The notes under the pieces were generated by a model. The model was not told the DNA's origin, searched no databases, and worked only from the letters and a program-made list of their open reading frames with translations. DNA of 64,000 nt, from positions 648,646 through 712,645 of the forward strand of contig CAWHLH010000003.1 in assembly GCA_963830105.1 (NCBI GenBank). The letters run 5' to 3'. Source of the DNA: an uncultured Gammaproteobacteria bacterium (GTDB lineage Bacteria; Pseudomonadota; Gammaproteobacteria; DATFLG01). Of the stretch, positions 1 through 9,933 are shown one piece after another. Each line of letters begins with the position of its first letter. The first letter of the stretch is position 1. The translations under genes were made by a program, and so were the position numbers.

Positions 1-169
1 GCTGACAAACCGTATCTGGGCCACGGTCGGCGCCTCGCGGAGCGCACTGCACCCATGGCACGCCGGCTGGCATGTCGGCCGGACGCCTCGCAGAGCCCAC
101 GGACGCGGCCTGCTCAGCCCGGAGCCTGCACCTCAACGGGAGCGCATCGCGTCAGGTGGATACGAAGGC

Positions 170-1598
170 ATGCATAACGACAACCCGACAACACAAGAAA
201 CCGGTCATCTCGGCGTCGTTACCCTGACCCTCATGACGACCGCGCTGTTCCTGACCCTGCGCAACATGCCGATGATGGCCGAGACCGGGTTGAAGATGGT
301 GTTCTTCAACGTGATCACGGTATTCGCGTTTCTGGTGCCCATCGCCCTGGTGTCGGCCGAACTGGCCACCACCTGGCCGAAAAACGGCGTCTTTCACTGG
401 GTGGAGGAGGCGTTCGGCACACGCTGGGGGCTGGTCGCGGTCTGGCTGCAATGGGTGCAGAGCCTGTTCGGCATCACCTCCATCCTCTCCTATGTCGCCG
501 CCAGCCTCGCCTACGCCTTCGACCCGCCGCTGGCGGGCCAGCGGGATTTCATCGTCGTCGTGATTTTCGCCGTCTACTGGTCGGCCACGGTCGCCAATCT
601 GCGCGGCACCCGCGCCTCGGGTCTCATCTCCAGCGTCTGTCTGGGCGCCGGCGTGCTGCTGCCGAGCGTGGTGCTGATCGCGCTGGCCGCAGTGTACGTC
701 GCGCAGGGGCATCCGCTGCACCTCGACCTGGCCCTCACGCCGGACAACTGGCTGCCGCTCGGGCATCCGCAGAGCTCGCTGGTGCTGTTCCTGAGCTTCA
801 TCTTCGGCGTGGTGGGCATCGAGGTCTCCGCCAGCCATGCGCGCGAGGTGCGCAACGTACGCCGCAACTACCCCATCGCCGTGTTCATCGCCGCCGTACT
901 CGGCTTCCTGCGTCACCTTGCTGGGCGGACTGGCGGTGGCGGCGGTCGTGCCGCGAGCGCAGCTCGACCTGGTCTCCGGCAGCGTGCAGGCACTGCAAAG
1001 GCTGTTCGACACCTGGCACCTCTCCGCTCTGGTGCCCGTTGAGCGCCCTGCTGGTGGCACTTGGCGCCGCCGGGCAGGTGAGCACCTGGGTGGTCGGGCC
1101 GGTCAAGGGGCTGTGGGCGGCGGGACGGGCCGGCAACCTTCCGCCGGCTGTTGCAGGAGATCAACCCCCGCGGCGTGCCCCGCAATCTGCTCGTCGTGCA
1201 GGCGCTGGCCATGAGCGCGGTGGCGCTGGTCTTTCTCGGCGTGCCGTCGGTGGACACCGCTTTTCTGCTGCTCACGTCGGCGGCGGTGATCCTCTACTGC
1301 GCGATGTACCTCATGCTTTTCGCCGCGGCCATCCGCCTGCGCTACAGTGAACCCGACGCGCCGCGGCCCTACCGCGTCCCCGGGGGGCGGGCATGGGGCC
1401 TGTGGCTGGTGGCGGGTACGGGGTTTGTCACCACCGCCGTGTGCCTGGCCGTCGGCCTGCTGCCGCCCGATCAGGGAATCGCCGCGGCACGTCTATGCGC
1501 CCACCATGCTCGTCAGCCTGGCGGTCATGGTCATGGTCCCCCTGCTGCTTTACCACTGGCGCCGGCCTGCCTGGGCGGGCGCCGTCGAACAGGAGTAA
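170..1598 (+). pseudogene. gadC: APC-family glutamate/GABA antiporter (GadC-like), four apparent +1 frameshifts (~908, ~1037, ~1147, ~1475)
   Basis: Hydrophobic TM segments run through ORFs 170..1042, 837..1214, 451..1350, 1151..1903 and 1347..1598. Motifs include LRNMPMMAETG, LVPIALVSAELAT, GIEVSASHA and IRLRYSEPDAPRPYRVPGG. Removing one base at each site gives one continuous protein. Lies directly upstream of gadB. Confidence 0.85.
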
Positions 1599-1606
1599 GC
1601 CCCACG

Positions 1607-2982
1607 ATGGTCAAGAAACTGAAGCCCGACACCGATCTTGCCCCCACCTACGGGTCCCGCGCCATGTCCGAACCGGTGCCCAAATACGCCTTGCCGGACA
1701 GACGAGATGGAGCCGCGCACGGCCTACCAACTGATCCACGACGAGCTGATGCTGGACGGCAATGCCCGGCTCAATCTGGCCACCTTCGTCACCACCTGGA
1801 TGGAACCGGAGGCCGAGCGGCTGATGGCCGAGACCTTCGACAAGAACATGATCGACAAGGACGAGTATCCCGCAGACCGCCGAGATCGAAACACGCTGCG
1901 TGAACATGGTGGCGCGCCTGTTCCACGCACCGGAGGACAGCGAGGCGGTGGGCGTCTCGGCGATCGGCTCCAGCGAAGCGGTGATGCTCGCCGGCATGGC
2001 CCTGAAGTGGCGCTGGCGTGCGCGCCGCGAAGCCGCCGGCCTGCCCGCGGCCAAGCCCAACCTGATCCTGGGCAGCAACGTACAGGTGGTGTGGGAAAAA
2101 TTCTGCCGCTACTGGGAAGTCGAACCGCGCTACATCCCAATGGGCGAAGACCGCTATGTCATCACTCCGGAGGACGTGGTCAGCCGCATCGACGAGAACA
2201 CCATCGGCGTGGTCGCCATCCTGGGCACCACGTTTACCGGCGAATTCGAACCGATCGAGGCCATCCATGATGCGGTGGTCCGCCACAACGACGAGCATGG
2301 ACTGGCGGTGCCGCTGCACATCGACGCCGCCAGCGGCGGTTTTGTGGCCCCCTTCATCCACCCCGAGTTGCGCTGGGACTTCCGCCTGCCCAACGTGGTT
2401 TCCATCAACGCCTCGGGCCACAAATACGGCCTGGTTTATCCCGGGGTCGGTTGGGCGGTGTGGCGCGCCAAGGAACACCTGCCGGAGGATCTGGTCTTTC
2501 ACGTCGATTACCTGGGCGGCAATATGCCCACCTTCACCCTCAACTTCTCGCGCCCCGGCAACCAGATCGTCGGTCAGTACTACAACTTCCTGCGCCTGGG
2601 GCGCGCCGGCTACGCGCGCATCATGCGCAGCCTGCGGGACACCGCCACTGAGCTGGCTTCCAGCATCGCCGAGCTCGGCCCCTTCGAGACCCTCAGCGAC
2701 GGCAGCGCCATCCCGGTGTTCGCCTTCCGGCTCAAGGACGCCTCGCGCTATTCGGTCTACGATGTCTCCGAGCGCCTGCGCACCCGCGGCTGGCAGGTGC
2801 CCGCCTATGCCCTGCCGCCCGACGCCCAGCACGTCCACGTGCTGCGCATCGTCGTGCGCGAGGGCTTTTCCCGGGATATGGCCGATATGCTGCTGACCGA
2901 TCTGACCAAGGTCGTGGACGAACTGGAGACATCGCCGCCCAACCATCCCAAAAAGCCCGACGGCGGCTTCCATCACGTCTGA
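1607..2982 (+). pseudogene. gadB: Glutamate decarboxylase (PLP-dependent), two apparent +1 frameshifts (~1698, ~1870)
   Basis: ATG at 1607 (MVKKLKP...), then [56 protein letters not shown], the PLP-lysine motif SINASGHKYGLVYPGVGW, and a C-terminal FHHV tail. Confidence 0.92.
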
Positions 2983-3008
2983 AGCCAAGCCAAAGCGAGC
3001 CACGCGCG

Positions 3009-3105
3009 AAAAAGGGGTCCGCGGAAAAGGGGTCAGTACCCTTTTCTACACATTCGGAAAGAGAAAACGCGGCAAAAGAACCGGAAAAGGGTACTGACCC
3101 CTTTT
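3009..3105. repeat. REP-like inverted repeat pair AAAAGGGGTCAGTACCCTTTT (3025-3045) / AAAAGGGTACTGACCCCTTTT (3085-3105), plus a partial copy at 3009-3020
   Basis: The two 21-mers are exact reverse complements, and each unit is itself an imperfect hairpin. The same family recurs at 4896-4956. Confidence 0.8.
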
Positions 3106-3178
3106 TTTGTATAATGCGCGGCTGATCCCCTCGCCCGCCGCCGCTGCAACCCACGGCCGACCCTGTTTCCGGTGATCC

Positions 3179-4120
3179 ATGACCACAGCGCTGTCCATCC
3201 GCAATCTGACCAAGACCTACGCCAACGGCTTCCAGGCCCTGAAGGGCATCGACCTGGACGTGCAACAAGGGGATTTCTTCGCCCTGCTCGGGCCCAATGG
3301 GGCCGGCAAGTCCACCACCATCAGCATTGTCACCTCCCTGGTGACCAAGTCCTCGGGCACGGTGATGGTGTTCGACAAGGACATCGACACCGATTTCGCC
3401 GGCGCCAAGGGCTACATCGGACTGGTGCCCCAGGAGTTCAACTTCAATACCTTCGAGCCAGTGGAGGAGATCGTGGTCAACCAGGCCGGTTACTACGGCA
3501 TCGACCGGCCGTTGGCCCGTCAGCGCACCGAGCGCTATCTCAGGCAGCTGGGCCTGTGGGACAAGCGCCGCGAACAGGCCCGCAGCCTGTCCGGCGGCAT
3601 GAAGCGGCGCCTGATGATTGCCCGCGCCCTGGTCCACGAGCCGCGGCTGCTGATCCTGGACGAGCCCACCGCCGGCGTGGATATCGAGATCCGCCGTTCC
3701 ATGTGGCGCTTCCTGCGGGAGATCAACGCCCGCGGCACCACCATCATTCTCACCACCCACTATCTGGAAGAGGCGGAGAGTCTGTGCCGCAACATCGCCA
3801 TCATCGACCACGGCCGGCTGATCGAGAACACCAGCATGAAGGCACTGCTGGCGGAACTGCGCATGGAGACCTTCATACTTGACCTGCGCCATGCACTGCA
3901 GGAACCGCCCGTGCTGCCGGGCCATGTGCTGCGCCTGGTGGACGAGACCACCCTGGAGGTGGAAGTTTCCAAGGAGGGAAGCATCAACCGCCTGTTCGCG
4001 GATCTCTCCGAGCAGGGCATCGAAGTGCTGAGCATGCGCAACAAGACCAACCGCCTGGAACAGCTGTTCATGCGCCTGGTGGAAGACAACAAAGGTGCGT
4101 CCGGGGGGGCTGCGGCATGA
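3179..4120 (+). CDS. yadG: ABC transporter ATP-binding protein (YadG-like)
   Basis: Walker A GPNGAGKST, signature LSGGMKRR, Walker B LLILDEPT, H-loop TTHYLEEAE. Confidence 0.9.
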   Translation: MTTALSIRNLTKTYANGFQALKGIDLDVQQGDFFALLGPNGAGKSTTISIVTSLVTKSSGTVMVFDKDIDTDFAGAKGYIGLVPQEFNFNTFEPVEEIVVNQAGYYGIDRPLARQRTERYLRQLGLWDKRREQARSLSGGMKRRLMIARALVHEPRLLILDEPTAGVDIEIRRSMWRFLREINARGTTIILTTHYLEEAESLCRNIAIIDHGRLIENTSMKALLAELRMETFILDLRHALQEPPVLPGHVLRLVDETTLEVEVSKEGSINRLFADLSEQGIEVLSMRNKTNRLEQLFMRLVEDNKGASGGAAA

Positions 4121-4890
4121 ACGCGCGCGAGACGTTCATCGCCTTCAAGACCATCCTGATCAAGGAGGTGCTGCGCTTCGCGCGCATCTGGATCCAAACC
4201 GTGCTGCCGCCCATGGTCACCACCGCCCTGTACTTCATCATCTTCGGCCGCCTGATCGGCTCCCAGATCGGCGACATGGCCGGGTTCCGCTACATGGACT
4301 ACATCGTGCCCGGCCTGATCATGATGGCGGTGATCACCAGCTCCTACGCCAACGTGGTGTCCTCCTTCTATGGCTCCAAGTTCCAGCGCCACATCGAGGA
4401 AATGCTGGTCTCGCCGGTACCCAACTACATCATCCTGCTGGGCTTCGTCGGCGGCGGCGTGGCCCGCGGCATGACCGTGGGCCTGGGGGTGACCCTGGTG
4501 TCGCTGGCATTCACCAACCTGCACGTGCACAACCTGGGCGTGATCCTGAGCATGGCTGTGCTGACCGCGATCCTGTTTTCCCTGGGGGGACTCATCAACG
4601 GCGTATTCGCTCAGAGCTTCGATGACATCTCCATCGTGCCCACCTTCGTGCTCACGCCGCTCACCTACCTGGGCGGGGTGTTCTACTCCATCAAGATGCT
4701 GCCGGCCTTCTGGCAGTCAGCCTCCCTGGCCAATCCCATCCTCTATCTGGTGAACGCCTTCCGCTACGGCTTTCTCGGCGTGAGCGACATCCCCCTGTGG
4801 ACTTCCTACGGCATCAGCCTGGGTTTCATCGCCGCGCTGTTCGTGCTGAGCCTGTGGCTGCTGAAGAAGAGCCACGGCCTGCGCAGCTGA
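4117..4890 (+). CDS. yadH: ABC-2 type permease (YadH-like)
   Basis: KEVLRFARIWIQTVLPP, YIVPGLIMMAVITSSYANVVSSF and LTPLTYLGGVFYSI motifs. ATGA overlap with yadG. Confidence 0.9.
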   Translation: MNARETFIAFKTILIKEVLRFARIWIQTVLPPMVTTALYFIIFGRLIGSQIGDMAGFRYMDYIVPGLIMMAVITSSYANVVSSFYGSKFQRHIEEMLVSPVPNYIILLGFVGGGVARGMTVGLGVTLVSLAFTNLHVHNLGVILSMAVLTAILFSLGGLINGVFAQSFDDISIVPTFVLTPLTYLGGVFYSIKMLPAFWQSASLANPILYLVNAFRYGFLGVSDIPLWTSYGISLGFIAALFVLSLWLLKKSHGLRS

Positions 4891-4895
4891 CCGCG

Positions 4896-4956
4896 AAAAG
4901 GGGACTGACCCTTTTGTCTTAAAGGGTACTGACCCCTTTTAGGACGGACCCCTTTT
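4896..4956. repeat. Three tandem copies of the same REP-like unit (4896-4915, 4921-4940, partial 4942-4956)
   Basis: AAAAGGGGACTGACCCTTTT, AAAGGGTACTGACCCCTTTT and GGACGGACCCCTTTT, between the convergent yadH and MBL genes. Confidence 0.75.
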
Positions 4957-4989
4957 CAGGACGGGACGCCTTCTTCTGCAACCCGCTCG

Positions 4990-5916
4990 CTATTGCCCGT
5001 GAGCGGAGAACACCTCCTGGGCCATGTGCAGTGCATTGCGGCTTCGCAACGACAGATCGTCATAGTGGACCAGATAGGCGAAGCGCGACTGGTCCAGACC
5101 CTGACTGGCCTCCACCGGGTCGAAGGCGCCGCTGGCCAAGGCGCGTCGGGCGGAATCGCGTAGGAAGATCAGATAGTCGTAAGTGTCCCGCTCGGCTTCC
5201 TTCAGGTCGGTGACGTGACCGTGTCCCGGGATGATCACCTCCGGGTGCAGCTCATCGCGCAGATACTCGAACGTCTTGATCCATGCAAAGCCGCTGCCGG
5301 GCATCAGGCCCAATAGCCGCTGCACGAAGACGATATCGCCGGTGAAGACGATCTTCTTCCTGGGCAGCCAGACAAGGATGTCGCCGGGGGTGTGCCCGCC
5401 GCCGGTGTAGATCAGCTCCATCTTCACGCCCCGCATCGGCAGAGTGTACCGCCTGGCGAAGGTCTTGGTCGGATAGACTGCCCGGGTGCCCTGGAACTGT
5501 TTGCCCAGAAGGCGTTTCGCCCGCCCCACCTGCTCGGCGGTGCGGTCGTGCATGTCCTTGTCGGCGGCCTGCGAGGCGATGATCGGGACGCCCAGTTGCC
5601 GGAAATAGCCGTTGCCAAGCCAGCGGTGGTCCTGGCCGCCGGTGTTGACCGCCCATTGGATCGGCTTGTCGGTGACCTTGCGGATCGCGGCGCGGATCGC
5701 TTTGGCGTCGCGGTAACTGCCGCCGGTGTCGATCACCACCACGCCGTCGTCGCCGATTACGAAACCGGATGTCATGTTATGGCCGAGATTCTCGGGGGAG
5801 CGCTGTCCGAGATCACCCACCAGGGCATAGACCCGATCGGTGACCCGAACGGTCTGGAAGGCGCAGGCCGACGCCGACACCGCCAAAAGGCAAAGCAGGA
5901 GGATCAGTCTGCGCAT
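4990..5916 (-). CDS. Secreted MBL-fold metallo-hydrolase with variant metal motif (TGGQDHRWLGN)
   Basis: Signal peptide MRRLILLLCLLAVSASACA, then VVVIDTGG, NTGGQDHRWLGN, GHTPGD, FTGDIVF and IIPGHG. Start placed at ATG 5916. Confidence 0.82.
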   Translation of the reverse strand: MRRLILLLCLLAVSASACAFQTVRVTDRVYALVGDLGQRSPENLGHNMTSGFVIGDDGVVVIDTGGSYRDAKAIRAAIRKVTDKPIQWAVNTGGQDHRWLGNGYFRQLGVPIIASQAADKDMHDRTAEQVGRAKRLLGKQFQGTRAVYPTKTFARRYTLPMRGVKMELIYTGGGHTPGDILVWLPRKKIVFTGDIVFVQRLLGLMPGSGFAWIKTFEYLRDELHPEVIIPGHGHVTDLKEAERDTYDYLIFLRDSARRALASGAFDPVEASQGLDQSRFAYLVHYDDLSLRSRNALHMAQEVFSAHGQ

Positions 5917-6066
5917 CTGTGCAGTTCCGTCGCGGGAAGCGCGATTATCACGCCAGCTTCGACGAGGGGCCTTCGCGCCCCAGGGCCCGGCGCGCGCGGC
6001 AGAGGTTACCGTGCGCGACAAGGACACTCTACTACAAACCCGTCAGGGCCGGAGAACTGCAGGCAC

Positions 6067-6089
6067 AAAAAGCCGCCCCTGGGGGCGGC
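6067..6089 (-). terminator. Intrinsic terminator on the chromosomal side of the att copy (probable original tRNA-Glu terminator)
   Basis: Minus strand reads AGCCGCCC-CCAG-GGGCGGCT-TTT: an 8-bp GC stem with a U tract, about 50 bp past the att repeat. Confidence 0.6.
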
Positions 6090-6139
6090 TGATGTCGTTC
6101 CGTAAAGCGCTGTAGCGATCCTTCCGCCTTATGTTTTAT

Positions 6140-6154
6140 ATGGCGTCCCCAAGG
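6140..6154. repeat. att direct repeat (ATGGCGTCCCCAAGG), a copy of the tRNA-Glu 3' end
   Basis: Identical 15-mer at 13467-13481. Confidence 0.85.
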
Positions 6155-6159
6155 ACGGT

Positions 6160-7547
6160 TAGTTATTGTCAAATCTGGTGTTTGGCCAGGTTGAATCAAG
6201 CGGCGGCCTGATCGACGTCTGTCACCTCGACACCATCTTTGAATTGGATTCCGGTTACCACCTTCGCCAGGTAATCGAAACCGCGTAATCGTCTCCAGTT
6301 CTTCTCGGCACATTGTCCGAGCTTGAACATCATGTGCAGCATGCCATCACGGGACAGGCAGCCTTTGGAACGCTTGGTCCGATGGCGGATCGTCCCGAAG
6401 GTCGATTCGATCGGATTGCTGGTCCGGATGCTCTGCCAGTGCTGGGCCGGAAAATCATAGAAGGCCATCAGCTCATCCCGGTCTTTCTGCAGGCAAAGGG
6501 CCGCCTTCGGGTACTTCGGCTCATACGTGTTGATGAACAGATCAAACGCCTTGTGCGCCTCGGCACGGGTCTCGGCCTGCCAGATCGCATGCAGCGCCTG
6601 CTTCGCCTTCGGCTGGGCCGACTTCGGCAGGCCGTTCAATACGTTCATCGTCTTGTGCATCCAGCAGCGTTGCTGGCCGGTCTCGGGATACACCTCTTCC
6701 AATGCCGCCCAGAAACCCATGGCACCGTCACCAATGGCCAGTTCGGGCACATTCATCCCACGTGACTTGAGCTTCAGCAGCACTTCACGCCAGCTCTGCG
6801 TGGACTCCCGTACTCCATCCTCGATCGCCAGAAAACGCTTCTGACCGCGCTCATTCACACCGATCACCACCAGGGCGCACAGCTTCGCCTGTTCGGCCCG
6901 CAGGCCGCTGTAGATCCCGTCGGCCCACACATACACCCAGCGGTCCTTATCCAGCCGTTGCTCGCACCAGCCGCGGTACTGCTCAGCCCAGACCTGCTTC
7001 AGCCGTGACACCGTACTGGCGGACAGGCCCGTGGCTTCCGGACCCACCAGCACCTTTAAGGCTTCGCCCATCTCGCCGCTGGAGACCCCCTTCAGGTACA
7101 GCCACGGCAGCGCCGCTTCCAGTGATTTCGTCTTGCGCACATACGGCGGCACCAGCGCCGAGCGGAACGTCACCGGCTCGCCGGTCTTGGCGCGAACCTT
7201 GGGGATCTCGACCGTCACCGGTCCCAGCCCCGTCAACACCTCACGGGCCGGCAGATGGCCGTTACGCACCACGCCCGCTTTGCCGTCCTCGGTCCGGCGC
7301 TGCGCATGCTCGGCCAGCAGCTCCTGCAGTTCGGCCTCCACTGCCTGGTAAATCAGCTGCTCGGCGCCGGCCCTCAGCAGCTCGCTCAGCGGATCAACAA
7401 TCGCATCTCGACCTGCCAGCTTCGACAACGTTATTCTTGCTCATAGGCGGCGTATCTCCCAGGGTTGTTTGATGTCTCGCAACAACAAATCAACCAGATA
7501 CGCCGCTCTCTATTCAACTGCTCAAACACCAGATTCGGTTATAACTC
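6160..7547 (-). mobile_element. IS256-family insertion sequence (~1.39 kb)
   Basis: Imperfect terminal IRs: AGTTATTGTCAAATCTGGTGTTTG from 6161, versus the reverse complement of CAAACACCAGATTCGGTTATAACTC ending at 7547. No 8-bp target duplication seen. Confidence 0.85.
6196..7444 (-). CDS. IS256-family (Mutator-like) DDE transposase; true start MSKNNVV at 7444 with an apparent +1 frameshift at ~7422
   Basis: VRNGHLPAREVLTGLGPV, YLKGVSSGEM, VWADGIY, AIGDGAMGFW, QRCWMHK and TSNPIESTF motifs. Confidence 0.9.
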
Positions 7548-7657
7548 GAACTCCGGCGACCCGTCCGGAAGCGGTTTTCGGAGTGCCCTGTTGGTGGAAA
7601 CTATTCGTCTGGATAGCGAGTTACGGTTGGTGCGCGCTGTTCGCCGCCGCTATGCTG

Positions 7658-9361
7658 TCAGCACTGGGCAGGACCCGTATGAATGCGGTTGCCGCCTTCT
7701 CTTTTGGCGGCATAACAGGCCCGGTCGGCGAGTGCGATGGTCTCGGCGATGGTGCGCTCTCCCTGCACGGAGACGATGCCGACGCTGGTGCTGATGGAAA
7801 ACCGTTGTGCCCGCCAATGAAACTGGAAGTCTTTGACTGTGACAAGAATCTTCTCCGCCAGGCGCAGCGCCCTGTCCATCGGGCAGTATTCCATGAGCAC
7901 TGCGAATTCATCACCGCCGAGGCGCGCGAGGGTGTCACGGGACCGCATTTGTCCCTGGAGCAATGCGGCAAGCTGGCGCAGCAGTTCGTCACCGGCCACG
8001 TGCCCGCAGGTATCGTTGATGAACTTGAACTGATCGAGGTCCAGAAAGCACAAGGCGTGCTTGTCGCCCGTTTCGTTCGCCGTGGACAACACGCGCTGCA
8101 GTCGCCGTTCGAATTCCCGCCGGTTGATCAGGTTCGTGAGGGTGTCGTGGGCGGCCTGATAGGCAAGCTGTCTTTCCAGATTGCGTCTTTCGGTGATGTC
8201 CCGACAGACGACCAGCAGTCGCGGTTCCTTGGTGTCAGGGTCCAGGGCAACGCGCTGATGAACCCAGAAGCTCGAGCCGTCCCTCTTGAGCTTGCGATAT
8301 TCGAGTTCAGCGTTGCCGGATGGATGGTAAAATTGGTTCGCCAAGTGGGAAAATACGGCCTTCTGGTCTTCCGGATGGACGATCATGGCGAACGCTTCGC
8401 CGATCAGTTCGTCGACCTCATAGCCGAGCATGCGGGCGCCGGGCCGGTTGACGGAAAGAATCTCGCCTTGCCGGTTGATGGTGGTGAACACATCCGGCGC
8501 ATTTTCGTACAGGGCCTGATAGCGAGCCTCGCTGATCTCAAGAGCGGCCGCCACCTGGACCGTCTCCGAAACGTTTTTGAAAATCCCGCGCGTTGATATG
8601 GTTGCGCCGTTTTTTACGAGAGACCCGCAGTCCCCGCAAAGATAAACGGGCTCGCCCGACTTGGTCTGGTACTTGAACGTGATGCAGGTCAGGGTTTCGC
8701 CTTCCAGCACGCGCCGGAACCGGTCCTGGCAGCAGGCCAGGCTGTCCGGGTGCAGAACATCCATGAGGTTGAGTTGAGCGATTTCCCGTTCTGTGTACCC
8801 CAGTGTCTGGCGCCATGTGCGGTTGGTGTAGATAAAGCTGCCATCCGGTGCCACGCATTGGATCAGGTCGCTGGTGTTGTCGAAAATATCCTGAAAACGC
8901 TCCTCGCTGTTGCGCAGCATTTCCTCGGCCAGCTTGCGTTCGGTGATGATGTCGAAGATGGCGACGAAATGGTCGTGCGCCGGACTGTATGCTGATACCG
9001 AGACCCATGTCGCCAATGCGGAGATGTATTTTTCGAACTTCTCGGAGCCGCCTCCCCGGGCTATGCGGCCCAGTATCTCGAACAACTCGGGGTCCGTGTC
9101 ACGAAAGCCTGGTATGACGTCGGTGATCGGTTTTCCGCAGATATTGCGCAAACCGGTTTGGTGTTCGAAGGCCGGGTTGGTATAGAGGCAGACGAAATCC
9201 GACGGGCGGCCGTCCTCATAGACCATTCTGCAGTACGCCATGCCATTGAGTATGTACTCGAAAATGGCCTGGTAGGTGTCGTTGTCGAAGGGCGAGGAAT
9301 GTCTTCCCGCCATGCCCTTCGCCGCCTCGGGCGGACAGCCGTTCCTTTCATCGGAACCCAT
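7658..9361 (-). CDS. Cytoplasmic PAS-PAS-PAS-GGDEF diguanylate cyclase
   Basis: Start MGSDERN at 9361 with a GGAGA RBS. Three PAS-like repeats, AAHDTLTNLINRR, LDLDQFKFINDTCGHVAGD, and an RxxD I-site (RSRD) five residues before an intact GGDEF. Confidence 0.88.
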   Translation of the reverse strand: MGSDERNGCPPEAAKGMAGRHSSPFDNDTYQAIFEYILNGMAYCRMVYEDGRPSDFVCLYTNPAFEHQTGLRNICGKPITDVIPGFRDTDPELFEILGRIARGGGSEKFEKYISALATWVSVSAYSPAHDHFVAIFDIITERKLAEEMLRNSEERFQDIFDNTSDLIQCVAPDGSFIYTNRTWRQTLGYTEREIAQLNLMDVLHPDSLACCQDRFRRVLEGETLTCITFKYQTKSGEPVYLCGDCGSLVKNGATISTRGIFKNVSETVQVAAALEISEARYQALYENAPDVFTTINRQGEILSVNRPGARMLGYEVDELIGEAFAMIVHPEDQKAVFSHLANQFYHPSGNAELEYRKLKRDGSSFWVHQRVALDPDTKEPRLLVVCRDITERRNLERQLAYQAAHDTLTNLINRREFERRLQRVLSTANETGDKHALCFLDLDQFKFINDTCGHVAGDELLRQLAALLQGQMRSRDTLARLGGDEFAVLMEYCPMDRALRLAEKILVTVKDFQFHWRAQRFSISTSVGIVSVQGERTIAETIALADRACYAAKREGGNRIHTGPAQC

Positions 9362-9570
9362 TGCTTCTCCCTCCCAAGTGGAGCCAATTCCGTCCCCCCC
9401 GCCACGGTACCTGTGACCTACCGGCGACCCCGGGGAAAGCACAATCCGAATGACCTGTAGCGAATTCCCGCGCCGGAACGACGACCGCGGTCCGGTGATG
9501 TGCGTGGAACAGCCCGCAGGGTCCGCGCGGCGGAGGCCGACCTGCAGGGCATTGCACCCTGCGGGCGCCC

Positions 9571-9756
9571 TTAACCGTCCTCGGAATCGGTTATCTTGCC
9601 CTGCAGCGCAGCCAGGCGCCGGTTCAGGCTTGCCCACAATGGCGGGCAAACCGACGTGCCGTTTTTTCCGTACTCGGTCCGTGCGATCAGTTCCTCGGCG
9701 ATTTCCCCCATTTCGTCAACCCAGTGTCCGTGGCTGTCGTTTATGTGAGCGTCCAT
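9571..9756 (-). CDS. Small hypothetical protein (61 aa)
   Basis: ATG preceded by GAGGG, with protein-like composition and a helical C-terminus. No family recognised. Confidence 0.35.
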   Translation of the reverse strand: MDAHINDSHGHWVDEMGEIAEELIARTEYGKNGTSVCPPLWASLNRRLAALQGKITDSEDG

Positions 9757-9933
9757 GCGCGCGGCACCCTCGACAAATTCAGATGTTTGCCCCTGACACT
9801 TTACCAGCAGGACGCGCTGGCGCCCGTCGGTCGTAGTCGACTTCGTTTGTAAGCTGAGACTTACAAACCACGGATCGACAGTGGGTCAGGATCAACGGAC
9901 CAGCCACCAGACAGTAAACCAGACACCCATCCC

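Noticed and set aside
3009-4956. Possible CRISPR array in the short repeats
   Set aside because: No regular repeat-spacer period, mixed orientation, and no cas genes. No CRISPR array was seen anywhere in the window.
7658-9649. Extended starts in the ORF track for the DGC (9649), gltX (15406), ybgA (17171), fabI (56328) and mltD (45966)
   Set aside because: The extensions are low-complexity or overlap other genes. Downstream ATGs match RBS position or family N-termini.
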